Source: an uncultured bacterium
GTDB taxonomy: Bacteria > Desulfobacterota > GWC2-55-46
Direction of reading: 5' to 3'
Assembly (NCBI GenBank): GCA_905339405.1
Contig: CAJPGC010000030.1
Location: 43,956 to 107,955, forward strand
DNA: 64,000 nt
Each line of letters begins with the position of its first letter. Position 1 is the stretch's first letter. Made by a program: the position numbers and the translations under genes. Positions 17,898 through 27,495 of the stretch are shown here, piece after piece. The notes under the pieces are model-generated. The model was not told where the DNA came from and did no database searches. It saw only the letters and a program-made list of their open reading frames with translations.

Positions 17898-19448
17898 ATG
17901 GACAACGAAGTTTTCGAGACGATGCCCAAAGGCGGCATACACAGGATAAAAGAGATAAAAGACGAGTACGTCGACCCGGCCATGCTCGAGAAAGTGAGCC
18001 TCAGCTACGTCAAGAAGAACATGGTCATGCCGCTTCGCGTGAAAGAAGGCCACCTGCTCGTGGCCCTCTCCGGGCCCAGGGGCATATTCACGGTAAACGA
18101 GCTCGAGCGCCTCACCGGGCTTCCGGTAAAACCTGTATTCGCCTCAGAAAAGCAGATACTCGACGCGATAAACAGGTTCTACGACAGGCTCTCCGGGTCG
18201 GCCCAGGACGTCATGAACGGGATGAGCGGCGAGTCAATAGAGTCGATATCGACGACCGAATGGGAAGAGCCCAAGGACCTCCTGGACGCCGCTGACGAGG
18301 CTCCCATCATAAGGCTCCTGAACTCGCTCCTTTTCAGGGCCGTCAAGGACAGGGCCAGCGACATACACATCGAGCCCTATGAAAAAGAGGTCGAGGTCAG
18401 GTACAGGATAGACGGCGTACTGTACCCGGTGCTTACCCCTCCAAAGAGTATACAAGAAGCCCTTGCGAGCAGGGTCAAGATAATGGCCGGACTCGACATT
18501 GCCGAAAAAAGGCTGCCGCAGGACGGCAAAATAAGGCTACTCGTCGCCGGGAAGGACGTGTACGTCAGGGTGTCGGTCATGCCGACTTCGTACGGCGAAA
18601 GGATAGTGCTCCGCATACTCGACCGCAAGTCCGACATAATAACCCTCGACATGCTCGGGCTCACGGCCCGCCAGGTCACGGTCCTCGAGGGGCTCCTTAC
18701 GAGGAGCAGCGGAATAATCCTCGTGACCGGGCCAACCGGCTCGGGAAAGACGACCACCCTCTACTCCGCCATAAACAGCATAAACTCGACCGCAAGGAAC
18801 ATCATCACTGTCGAAGACCCTGTCGAGTACCAGTTGAAGGGAATAGGCCAGGTGCACGTGAACCCGAAGATAGGGCTCACCTTCGCCCACGGCCTGCGCT
18901 CAATCCTTAGGCAGGACCCCGACGTCATAATGGTCGGAGAGATAAGGGACAGGGAGACGGCTGAGATAGCCATACAGGCCTCCCTAACCGGCCACCTCGT
19001 GCTCTCGACCCTCCACACGAACGACACCGCGAGCGCCATCACCAGGCTCGTGGACATGGGCATAGAGCCTTTCCTCGTGGCCTCGTCGCTCTCAGGCGTG
19101 CTGGCCCAGAGGCTCGTGAGGGTGCTGTGCCCCGAGTGCAAAAAGCAATACGAGCCGACGGCCGAAGAGGCTAAGCTCTTTCAGACCAGGCCCGCGAAGC
19201 TGTACGCCGCCAGTGGCTGCGACAAGTGCTTTTCCACCGGCTATTACGGCAGGCTCGGCATATTCGAGTTCCTCGTGCCGGGCCAGGAGATGAGGCCGAT
19301 GATATTGAAAAATCAGGACGCCGACACCCTGAAGAGGTACGCCATATCCAAAGGCATGCGCACGATGATGGAAGACGGACTTGAGAAGGCGGCCCTCGGG
19401 ATGACGAGCGTGGAAGAGGTGCTGAGGGTCACGAAGGACGAGGAGTAG
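17898..19448 (+). CDS. gspE: Type II secretion ATPase E
   Basis: ASDIHIEP, GPTGSGKTT, LRQDPD, TLHTND and a CPEC/CDKC Zn site. Confidence 0.96.
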   Translation: MDNEVFETMPKGGIHRIKEIKDEYVDPAMLEKVSLSYVKKNMVMPLRVKEGHLLVALSGPRGIFTVNELERLTGLPVKPVFASEKQILDAINRFYDRLSGSAQDVMNGMSGESIESISTTEWEEPKDLLDAADEAPIIRLLNSLLFRAVKDRASDIHIEPYEKEVEVRYRIDGVLYPVLTPPKSIQEALASRVKIMAGLDIAEKRLPQDGKIRLLVAGKDVYVRVSVMPTSYGERIVLRILDRKSDIITLDMLGLTARQVTVLEGLLTRSSGIILVTGPTGSGKTTTLYSAINSINSTARNIITVEDPVEYQLKGIGQVHVNPKIGLTFAHGLRSILRQDPDVIMVGEIRDRETAEIAIQASLTGHLVLSTLHTNDTASAITRLVDMGIEPFLVASSLSGVLAQRLVRVLCPECKKQYEPTAEEAKLFQTRPAKLYAASGCDKCFSTGYYGRLGIFEFLVPGQEMRPMILKNQDADTLKRYAISKGMRTMMEDGLEKAALGMTSVEEVLRVTKDEE

Positions 19449-19457
19449 CAAGGACGT

Positions 19458-20660
19458 ATGCCTACATTCAGTTACAAAGCCTACAACAGGGGCGGCGGCC
19501 AGGTCGCGGGGAATATCGAAGCCGCAGGCCCGAAAGAAGCGGCACAGTCGCTCAAGAACACCGGGCTCTACCCCACAGAGGTAAAGGAAGCTGGCAAGGA
19601 GGCGGGCAAAACGCTTTTCGGCCAGCGCGTAAGCCCCGGGGCCCTGGCGGCTGCGGCCAGACAGCTCGCGACCCTTATCTCGACCGGCACGTCCATCGCC
19701 GAAGCCCTCCAGGTGCTCGCTGAAAATACCGACAACCAAAAGCTCCGCGCAATTCTCCTTGAAACGAAAGACAGCGTCCTGGGCGGCAGCTCCCTTTCAA
19801 AGGCCCTATCGGCGAACCCTGATGTCTTCTCTCCACTGTTCAGAGGGCTCGTGCAGGCCGCAGAAGCGAGCGGCTCGCTTGACCAGGTGCTCCCCAGGCT
19901 TGCGGACTACCTCGAAAAAAGGGCGCGCATACGCTCTGAGGTACGGGCCGCCCTCACCTATCCGGCGCTCATGACGATAGTCGGCGCGGCGGTGCTCGCC
20001 TTCCTGTTCATCTTCGTCATCCCCAAGATATCGCGCATATTCGAGGACACCGGCACCAGGCTACCCTTCATAACGGTACTTCTCCTCTGGATGACAGACA
20101 TCGTCCGCTCGTACTGGCCATTCCTGCTCGGGGCCATTGGGGGGGCTTACTGGTTCCTCATGCGCCGATCGAGGAGCGCCCGGGGCCGTGAGATGAAAGA
20201 CAGGCTGCTCTTGAAGCTGCCGTGGTTCGGCGCAATCGTCTTGAGCTTCCACATGGCCAACCTTACAAGGACGCTCGGGACGCTCCTGAAGGGCGGCGTG
20301 CAGATGCTCAAGGCCCTCGAGATATGCAGGGAAGCTATCGACAACAAGGTCTTCGACAAGGTGCTGGACCTGGCCGCGAAAGACTGCGCCGAGGGCAGCT
20401 CCCTTTCCGCGTCGCTCAAGAAATCCGCCCTGGTCCCTCCCCTTGTCTGCCACATGATAAGCGTCGGCGAAAGGAGCGGCAACCTTGACGAGATGCTCCT
20501 TAAGACCGCCGAGTCGTACGACGCCTACTTCGAGGACGGCGTTAAGCGCTCATTGAGCCTCATGGAGCCTGTCCTCATACTCGCGATGGGCCTCGTCGTG
20601 GGCTTCATCGTCCTTGCGATGCTCCTCCCCATCTTCGAGCTGAACCAGACCATCCGCTGA
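19458..20660 (+). CDS. gspF: Type II secretion platform protein F
   Basis: AAEASGSL, ALTYP, VGERSGNL and MEPVLI. Confidence 0.95.
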   Translation: MPTFSYKAYNRGGGQVAGNIEAAGPKEAAQSLKNTGLYPTEVKEAGKEAGKTLFGQRVSPGALAAAARQLATLISTGTSIAEALQVLAENTDNQKLRAILLETKDSVLGGSSLSKALSANPDVFSPLFRGLVQAAEASGSLDQVLPRLADYLEKRARIRSEVRAALTYPALMTIVGAAVLAFLFIFVIPKISRIFEDTGTRLPFITVLLLWMTDIVRSYWPFLLGAIGGAYWFLMRRSRSARGREMKDRLLLKLPWFGAIVLSFHMANLTRTLGTLLKGGVQMLKALEICREAIDNKVFDKVLDLAAKDCAEGSSLSASLKKSALVPPLVCHMISVGERSGNLDEMLLKTAESYDAYFEDGVKRSLSLMEPVLILAMGLVVGFIVLAMLLPIFELNQTIR

Positions 20661-20690
20661 CAAAACCCCGCTTTTCAAGCCAGAGGGCGC

Positions 20691-20717
20691 GCGGAATTAA
20701 TCCCGGATTAATTCCGC
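20691..20717. repeat. Perfect 13-bp inverted repeat with a 1-nt spacer
   Basis: GCGGAATTAATCC-C-GGATTAATTCCGC; no U tract on either side. Confidence 0.8.
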
Positions 20718-20892
20718 CGCGCCATCCCGTTCATCCCAAAAGCATACCTTCTGGTATTAGTCAAAATACTACCGTTTTTTATTCTTTCGGTGGATTGTAT
20801 TGGCACAATGCTCGGCTATCCTCTTCTTGTATGCGGCATCTGGAAAATCATTTAACAGGCCGGTCAATTATTTTGCAATCACAGGGGTTTCG

Positions 20893-21240
20893 ATGAGCCT
20901 CAGGATCTGCCCGGAATGCACAAAGGCGTTTTTCATGTCCCTTCTGGACAGCCATGCCAGGTGCCCGCATTGCGGCGTCTTCCTCGCGGACAGAAGGTGC
21001 TCCAAGAGGGAGCGCAAGGTCCGCCAGGTCACTTTCTCATTCAGCGGGTGCGTACAGAGGGCGAAAACGACCGATTTTTCCGGACACGGGGCCGGGATAG
21101 TATTCGCCGGGAAATATCTTGAAAAAGGCACGGTCATAGACGTCACCATAAGCGGGCTCATCATAAAAAAGCCGGCGAGGATGGTCTGGTCGAAACAGGG
21201 CTCGGGCTCGCTAATATCAGCCGGGATAGAGCTCCTGTAA
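20893..21240 (+). CDS. Zinc-ribbon plus PilZ domain protein
   Basis: CPEC...CPHC, then RCSKR (RxxxR) and DFSGHG (DxSxxG). Confidence 0.8.
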   Translation: MSLRICPECTKAFFMSLLDSHARCPHCGVFLADRRCSKRERKVRQVTFSFSGCVQRAKTTDFSGHGAGIVFAGKYLEKGTVIDVTISGLIIKKPARMVWSKQGSGSLISAGIELL

Positions 21241-21274
21241 AAACGCGGCACGGCCCGCGAGGAGGTTCCAGGGA

Positions 21275-21916
21275 ATGAGATCAAAGGTTTTGAAAAATAT
21301 TTTTACTTTCGTTGCCGCGGCACTCCTTGTGCTTTCAGCCGGTGCGCAGCCCTCCGGGGCCGCTGAGAAGGCAGCGAAGCCCGCGAAGGAAAAGGACGCG
21401 AAGGCAGCCGCCAAGGCCATAGCGCAGAGCCCTGACTACGTCATAGGCATCGAGGACGTGCTCGAGATATCCGTCTGGAAGAACCCGGACGTTTCCAAGA
21501 CCGTGATGGTGCGCCCCGACGGGATGATATCCCTGCCCCTGGTCGGAGACCTGAAGGCTGCCGGGCGCACTCCGGCACAGCTGAGGGACGCCCTGAACGA
21601 GGCCCTGAGCGAATACCAGGAGACGGTCGTCACATCCGTCATCGTCCAGGAAGTGAACAGCTACCGCATATTCATCCTCGGAGAGGTAATGAGCCCCGGC
21701 ACGTACACGATGACCAGGAGGATGTCGCTCATACAGGCCATAGCCCTTGCGGGCGGCTTCAACCCCTTCGCCTCAAGGAAAATAGTCCTCGTGCGGGAGA
21801 ACGGCTCAAGCATGGCCGAGAAGATTGAGATCAGCTTCGACGACATCGTAGACGCGGACTCGAGGCGGGACAAGAACCTCATACTTAAACCCGGAGACAC
21901 CGTCTTTGTACAGTAG
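21275..21916 (+). CDS. Short periplasmic polysaccharide export (OPX/Wza-family) protein
   Basis: YVIGIEDVL, VRPDGMISLPLVG and SLBB domain. No lipobox and no OM helix. Confidence 0.9.
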   Translation: MRSKVLKNIFTFVAAALLVLSAGAQPSGAAEKAAKPAKEKDAKAAAKAIAQSPDYVIGIEDVLEISVWKNPDVSKTVMVRPDGMISLPLVGDLKAAGRTPAQLRDALNEALSEYQETVVTSVIVQEVNSYRIFILGEVMSPGTYTMTRRMSLIQAIALAGGFNPFASRKIVLVRENGSSMAEKIEISFDDIVDADSRRDKNLILKPGDTVFVQ

Positions 21917-23060
21917 ACACGCCATCAGGTGCGCGGCGGTCCTCGCGGCCCTGTTGATGGTCCCGGCTGCAACCGAGGCCAGGAACAACACCGTGACCCC
22001 GTCCATAACGCTTGACACCCGTTACGACTCGAACGTCCGGTTCAGGGGTTCAAAGGAAAACGAGGACGGGGACTTCGTCGCGTCGGTGAAGCCGTCCATA
22101 GAGTTCGCCAGGAAGGGCCGCCATTACAACTTCCGCGGGCTCTACAGCCTTACCGCCGACTACCATCTCGAGGAGACGGACCTCAACAACCTGTCGCACA
22201 GCGCCGGGTTGAACTTCGACGCGGACCTCTCAAGGAAGTGGAGTTTCGCAGTTGGAGACAGGCTGGACTTCTACGAAGATTCGCTGAGGGCCGTAGGCGA
22301 AGGCATACTGGTTACGCGCACCGACATACTCTCGAACACGGCGTACGCGAGCTTGAGCCGTCAGTTGTCCGTCAAGACTGCCGCAACAGTCACGGTAAAG
22401 GACAGGATACAGGAGTTTGACGACCCGCAGCTCGTCGACTCAAGGACAGATTCAGCCGGGCTGAGCGCCACGCACAGGTACAGCCAGACAGGGACTGCGA
22501 ACGCCGCGTACTCATTCACGGTCTTCGATTTCGATACTTCGGAGAGCGAGATAATCTCTCACGGAATAAGCCTCGGGTTCAGGGAGGCGGTCTCGTCGAG
22601 CATGAACCTCGAGCTCGGCGGCGGGGTCGAGTACGCGAATTACGCGGGCTCAGAGGACAACGACCTTTTCCTGACCGGGCACGCAAGCATCGAGAAAGCC
22701 TTGAAGAACTCATACATGACGCTCATGTACGAGCGGGCGATGACGACGCCCACTGGGCTCACCGACGAGATAAGCATAAGGGATTCGGTCACGTTCATCT
22801 GGGACTTCACGGTAAGCAGGGAGGTATCGGCGTCGTTTTTCACGGGACTTGCCAGGAACAGGAGCGAGCCTTCCGGAAGAGTCGGAGTCGACTCGATAGT
22901 GGCTGAATTGTCCGGGAACTGGAAACCCTACAGGTGGCTTATCCTGGGCGCAGGGCTCTCACATTACCAGCAGTGGCCGGAAGACAGCTTCGACATCGGC
23001 CTTAAAAGAAACAAGGTCTTCATAAACGCAACACTAATCGGAGAAGCTTGGAGGTTCTGA
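21906..23060 (+). CDS. Outer-membrane beta-barrel partner of the short OPX protein
   Basis: Signal peptide, YDSNV, alternating beta-strand pattern and terminal WRF. Lies between OPX and PCP. Confidence 0.75.
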   Translation: MYSRHAIRCAAVLAALLMVPAATEARNNTVTPSITLDTRYDSNVRFRGSKENEDGDFVASVKPSIEFARKGRHYNFRGLYSLTADYHLEETDLNNLSHSAGLNFDADLSRKWSFAVGDRLDFYEDSLRAVGEGILVTRTDILSNTAYASLSRQLSVKTAATVTVKDRIQEFDDPQLVDSRTDSAGLSATHRYSQTGTANAAYSFTVFDFDTSESEIISHGISLGFREAVSSSMNLELGGGVEYANYAGSEDNDLFLTGHASIEKALKNSYMTLMYERAMTTPTGLTDEISIRDSVTFIWDFTVSREVSASFFTGLARNRSEPSGRVGVDSIVAELSGNWKPYRWLILGAGLSHYQQWPEDSFDIGLKRNKVFINATLIGEAWRF

Positions 23061-23064
23061 GGCC

Positions 23065-24555
23065 ATGGAGGAATCCAGGAAAACAATTTTCGACCAGTTC
23101 GCCATTTTCATACACAGGAAGTGGCTGTTCATCGTACCGCTTATAATCGGCTCTGTCGCCGGGCTCGCGGTCAGCTTCGAACTCCCTGAGAAATACAGCT
23201 CCACGACCCTCATCCTCGTCGAGGAGCAGCAGATACCTGAAGAGTACGTCACGCCCACGGACAAGACGCCGTTCAGCCAGAGGCTCAACGTCATAAGCCA
23301 GCAGATATTGAGCAGGACCAGGCTCGAAAAGATAATAAAGGAATTCGGCCTCTACAGCCAGCAGGGCCCCGGGCTCGTGGACAAAGCCAAAAGCCTTATC
23401 ACGGGTTCGGCCACCGAAGCCCCCACGCCTGACGAGATAATAGAGCAGATGCGCGCTGACATACAGTTCACCGTCATCGGCGAGCAGAACCCCAAAAAAC
23501 AGCAGGGCTCCGGCGGCAACGCCTTCTCCATAACCTACAGCGGGGAAGACCCTCAGACGACCATGCAGGTAACGAACACCCTGTCGTCCCTCTTTATAGA
23601 GGAGAACCTCAAGGTGCGCGAGCAGTACGCCGAGGGCACCTCGGAGTTCCTCTCATCAGAACTCGAGACGGCCCAGCAGGAGCTCTCGGTACTCGAACAG
23701 AAACTCAAGGACTTCAAGCAGGCGCACATGGGCACGCTGCCAGGACAGCTGGACGCGAACCTCCGCACGCTCGACAGGCTCCAGCTCGAGCTTCAGACGG
23801 TATCGGCGCAGCTCAAGACCAACGAGGACAGGAAGCTGGTCCTCGATGAGCAGATGAAGTACAACGCTCCCATGGCCGTCTCCCCTGCGGTGCAGGGCTC
23901 GCTGGCCGCGGAGCTCGAGGGCGCGAGGGCCGAGCTCGGCCAGATGCTCTCGGTCTACAAGGAGAGCTACCCGGACGTAATAATATTGAGAAAACGCATA
24001 AAGGACCTTGAAAGGCAGGTGCAGGGCGAGGTGGTCGAAGAGCCCGCGAAAGGCCCGGCCCCGCCGAAGGTGATGCACCCGGCCTACTCTGAGCTCATGG
24101 CGGTAAAGTCGCAGATAACGACGCTTACGCGCCGTGAAGCCAACATCAGAAAGCAGATAGACCAGTACTCGTCCAGGGTTGAGCTTACGCCCGCGAGCGA
24201 ACAGCAGCTCTCCGACCTTCAGAGGGACTACGACATCTCCCTGCAGAACTACCAGGCCCTGCTTGAGAAGAAGATGAGCGCGAGGCTCTCCGAAAACCTC
24301 GAAAAGCGCCAGAAGGGCGCGAGGTTCAGGGTCGTCGACCCTGCGAACGTCCCCCAGAGCCCGGACCAGCCGAACAAGCCGCTGGTCATCACCATCGGCA
24401 CGCTGGCCGGCGCCGCCGTCGGGATAGGCCTCGTGTTCCTGGTCGAGTTTATGAACCCGGCTTTCAGGAAGCCCGAGGACTTCGAAGGCGTCATCGACTC
24501 ACCGGTGTTGACGAGCATTCCCCTTTTCTCGCTGGGAGAGGCCGTAAAAAAATAA
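23065..24555 (+). CDS. Polysaccharide co-polymerase / chain-length determinant (Wzc N-part, kinase separate)
   Basis: Two TMs, ILSRTRL, long coiled coil, YPDV, FRVVDPA..P..P and LTSIP. Confidence 0.9.
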   Translation: MEESRKTIFDQFAIFIHRKWLFIVPLIIGSVAGLAVSFELPEKYSSTTLILVEEQQIPEEYVTPTDKTPFSQRLNVISQQILSRTRLEKIIKEFGLYSQQGPGLVDKAKSLITGSATEAPTPDEIIEQMRADIQFTVIGEQNPKKQQGSGGNAFSITYSGEDPQTTMQVTNTLSSLFIEENLKVREQYAEGTSEFLSSELETAQQELSVLEQKLKDFKQAHMGTLPGQLDANLRTLDRLQLELQTVSAQLKTNEDRKLVLDEQMKYNAPMAVSPAVQGSLAAELEGARAELGQMLSVYKESYPDVIILRKRIKDLERQVQGEVVEEPAKGPAPPKVMHPAYSELMAVKSQITTLTRREANIRKQIDQYSSRVELTPASEQQLSDLQRDYDISLQNYQALLEKKMSARLSENLEKRQKGARFRVVDPANVPQSPDQPNKPLVITIGTLAGAAVGIGLVFLVEFMNPAFRKPEDFEGVIDSPVLTSIPLFSLGEAVKK

Positions 24556-24586
24556 ACACGCTCGCAGGAAAAAGGAAGGTAGGACC

Positions 24587-25630
24587 GTGTTCAACCTGAA
24601 CTGGATAAGAAAACTGATCTTCTGGGAGAGGGACTACGGCGCCCAACTCGCGCCAGCGCCAATGGCCTTGCGCCCTGTGCGCGCCACCAGCCCTTACGGA
24701 ACTTCGATCTGGTCCGTGGGCGGCGGCAAAGGCGGCGTCGGGAAAAGCCTTGTCGCCTCGAACCTGGCGCTTTCCCTGTCGAAACAGGGCAAAAAAGTCC
24801 TGCTTGTCGACGCCGACCTCGGGGCCGCCAACCTGCACACTTTCCTGGGAGTAGAAGGCGGCAAGGGGGCCCTGTCGAGCTTCCTTAAGGACGAGATATC
24901 GGACATCGGGTCGCTCATCTCCAAGACCCCATTTCCAAACCTCGACCTCATAAGCGGCGCGAAGGACTCTCTTGACGTAGCGGACGTAAGGAACGCCCAG
25001 GTCACGAGGCTCCGCGAGGCCCTCAAAAAGGTCGAATACGACTACGCTGTCCTGGACATCGGCCCGGGGACCTCCTCCAACCTCCTCGACATGTTCCTCA
25101 TGGGCAACGAGGGGATAATCCTCTCGACGCCGGAGCCGACTACCATAGAGAACAACTACAGGTTCCTCAAATGCCTCTTCCTGAGAAAGATAAAGTCCAT
25201 CGCCGACTCACAGGAAGACGGATTGCTGAACGGCATGCTACAGAAGATATTCAGCGACAAGTGGTCGCAGAGGGTCAAGACGGTTGCGGACATAGTCGAG
25301 CAGATCTCAATGCTGGACTTCGACCAGGGCAGGATGCTCAAGGAGGACCTCGCGGCCACGAGCATCTCGATGATAATGAACCAGACGAAAAGGAACGAAG
25401 ACGCGGAGATGGGTGACTCGATACGGAAGGCCTGCACCGATTATTTCGGAATGGACATAGGGTATCTCGGCTCCGTGGGTTATGAGGAGACCGTCAGCGA
25501 ATCTGTAAGGCTGAGGAGACCGCTGGTCATGCACTACAGCGCATCCAGGGCTGCCAGGTCAATCGAGGGGTGTCTGGAGAAGCTCATGAACAGAGCAAAC
25601 AAAACTCAACCCGTCACAATCCAATTCTAA
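24587..25630 (+). CDS. MinD/FlhG/ParA-family ATPase
   Basis: Deviant Walker A GGKGGVGKS, DADLGAANL, DIGPG and PEPTTIEN. Confidence 0.9.
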   Translation: MFNLNWIRKLIFWERDYGAQLAPAPMALRPVRATSPYGTSIWSVGGGKGGVGKSLVASNLALSLSKQGKKVLLVDADLGAANLHTFLGVEGGKGALSSFLKDEISDIGSLISKTPFPNLDLISGAKDSLDVADVRNAQVTRLREALKKVEYDYAVLDIGPGTSSNLLDMFLMGNEGIILSTPEPTTIENNYRFLKCLFLRKIKSIADSQEDGLLNGMLQKIFSDKWSQRVKTVADIVEQISMLDFDQGRMLKEDLAATSISMIMNQTKRNEDAEMGDSIRKACTDYFGMDIGYLGSVGYEETVSESVRLRRPLVMHYSASRAARSIEGCLEKLMNRANKTQPVTIQF

Positions 25631-25638
25631 AGGGAATT

Positions 25639-26637
25639 ATGGAGCATAAAAAAGAGAAGACCTATTACGAGATCCTCGAAGTGAACTCCAAGGCTCCCAT
25701 GAGCGAGATAGAACAGGCGTACAGGAAATCGAAGTCGCTCTACGGGGGCGACTCCATGGCCCTGTACTCTCTGTACACGCCGGAGGAGCGCCAGGACAAG
25801 CTCAAGCAGCTCGAGGACATCCTTGAGACGCTGACGGACCCCGTCAAGAGAAAATCTTACGACCAGTACATCGGCAGCCTTTCAGCCGCTCCAGCGGCTG
25901 AAAAGAGCCCGCAGCTGAAAGAGGCAGCCAGGGACGTCTTCGACGAGTACAACGAGGCCGGGGCTTTCAGGGACAGGATAAGCTTCAAAAAACAGCTCCC
26001 CATCATGGAGGGCAAGGACGCGATGATCTGCGAGAGGTACAGGATACTGTACACGAGGCTCGAGCAGATAAGCTCTAAAAAAGCGTTCAAGTCATTCGCG
26101 GTGACAAGCGCGGTAAAAGGTGAAGGCAAGACGACGACTTCGCTGAACCTGGCCTGGCTGATGGCCAACGAGTTCGGCAAGAAGGTGCTGCTCATCGAGA
26201 GCGACTTCAGGAACCCTTCCATCTCCTCCAACTACATCAGCATGGGAAGGCTGAGCGGCCTTGTGGACGTCATAAACGGGGAAGCTGACATAAGGTCGGC
26301 CATAAACAGGTTCGAGGACACGAGGCTCTACCTGCTGCCGGCGCGCACCAGCGTCAAGAACTCGTCGATGCTGGTCGACTCGCAGGGCATGAAGAACGTG
26401 CTTGAGCGGGCCAAGAGCGACTTCGACTACGTCATCGTCGATTCTCCGCCGATCCTTCCGCTCGTCGACATGAACATACTTTCGAAGATGGTGGACGGCC
26501 TCCTCCTTGTCGTGAAGGCAGGCTCGACGCCCAAGGACCTCGTAAGAAAAGCAGTGAACTCGCTCCCGAACAAAAACGTCTCGGGTGTCGTCTTGAACGG
26601 AGCCGACGACAATCACATGAAGAAATACTATTACTGA
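25639..26637 (+). CDS. BY-kinase (CpsD/CapB) with an N-terminal J-like domain
   Basis: YYEILEV..EIEQAY..LTDPVKRKSYD with no HPD; then GEGKTT, LLIESD, IVDSPP and C-terminal YYY. Confidence 0.88.
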   Translation: MEHKKEKTYYEILEVNSKAPMSEIEQAYRKSKSLYGGDSMALYSLYTPEERQDKLKQLEDILETLTDPVKRKSYDQYIGSLSAAPAAEKSPQLKEAARDVFDEYNEAGAFRDRISFKKQLPIMEGKDAMICERYRILYTRLEQISSKKAFKSFAVTSAVKGEGKTTTSLNLAWLMANEFGKKVLLIESDFRNPSISSNYISMGRLSGLVDVINGEADIRSAINRFEDTRLYLLPARTSVKNSSMLVDSQGMKNVLERAKSDFDYVIVDSPPILPLVDMNILSKMVDGLLLVVKAGSTPKDLVRKAVNSLPNKNVSGVVLNGADDNHMKKYYY

Positions 26638-26855
26638 CCGTAGCGGCCGTGATGCCGCTTGAAAGACCAGCCCGCACGGCCCTTTAAAGCCGCTGGACGG
26701 GTACTTGATTGAGCCTTTCCCCGCGGCGGGTTCATCCCCTACTCCGGTAAAGCACTGGGCCAATCAACCGAATATTCCTGAAGCCAGGCCGCCTGGGAAA
26801 TGGGCTCTATCGCGGCCCAAGGGACGCTTATTTTCAAAAAGCCGAAAGGAAGGCG

Positions 26856-27341
26856 ATGGAAAACTGGTATTTGATTTACACGAAACCGAAGTGCGAGGAC
26901 ATGGTGGAAGGCAAACTCATCGGCGCGGGCTTCACCGTCCTCAACGCCAAGGTAAGGGAAAGGAAGTTCTTAAGGGGCAAGGTAATGGACGCCGTCTCCC
27001 CTCTTTTCCCGAGCTACGTCTTCGCGAAGTTCGAAAAATTCAGAGACTACCACCTCATCAGGTACACGAGGGGCGTCAAATGGGTGCTGAGCAGCGAAGA
27101 AGGCCCTTCTGAGATACCGGACAGGGTGGTAGATTCCATCGTCGAGAGGATCGAGGACGGCTTCGTGAAGATAAGGAGCTCGTTCACGCAGGGCCAAAAC
27201 GTCATCATAAAGGGCGGCCCCTTCGAAGGGTTTACGGCGGTTTTCGAGAAGGAGATGAGCGGCATGGAGCGCGTCTGTCTCCTTCTGAAGGCGATAAACG
27301 TAAGGCTCGTAATAGACAGGAGCATGATCGCGGGCTGCTGA
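26856..27341 (+). CDS. NusG paralogue, RfaH/UpxY-like antiterminator
   Basis: WYLIYTKP, PLFPSYVF, IRYTRGV and KOW motif GGPFEG. Confidence 0.9.
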   Translation: MENWYLIYTKPKCEDMVEGKLIGAGFTVLNAKVRERKFLRGKVMDAVSPLFPSYVFAKFEKFRDYHLIRYTRGVKWVLSSEEGPSEIPDRVVDSIVERIEDGFVKIRSSFTQGQNVIIKGGPFEGFTAVFEKEMSGMERVCLLLKAINVRLVIDRSMIAGC

Positions 27342-27435
27342 AGACTAACAAGCTTAAATGGTTTGGATGAACGCGCCGGTTTTTACAGGGCGGAAAAGAC
27401 GGCAATAACGCTTTCAAAAAGGTGCGCAAGACGCA

Positions 27436-27495
27436 TCAACGGCGGTAGCCCACCCGGGCAGGACATCGGATATGTCAACGGCGGTAGCCCATCCA
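27436..27495 (+). promoter_or_regulatory. Two tandem ops-like elements
   Basis: TCAACGGCGGTAGCCCA at 27436 and at 27475, 39 nt apart. Core GGCGGTAG matches the RfaH ops core. Confidence 0.75.

Noticed and set aside
17898-18100. MshEN c-di-GMP-binding motif on GspE
   Set aside because: The RLGxxL-type repeats are absent from the N-terminus.
20800-20817. Possible sigma54 promoter TTGGCACAATGCTCGGCT before the EPS operon
   Set aside because: GG-to-GC spacing is 11 nt rather than the required 10, and the -12 element is poor. It could instead be an extended -10 (TGgCACAAT).
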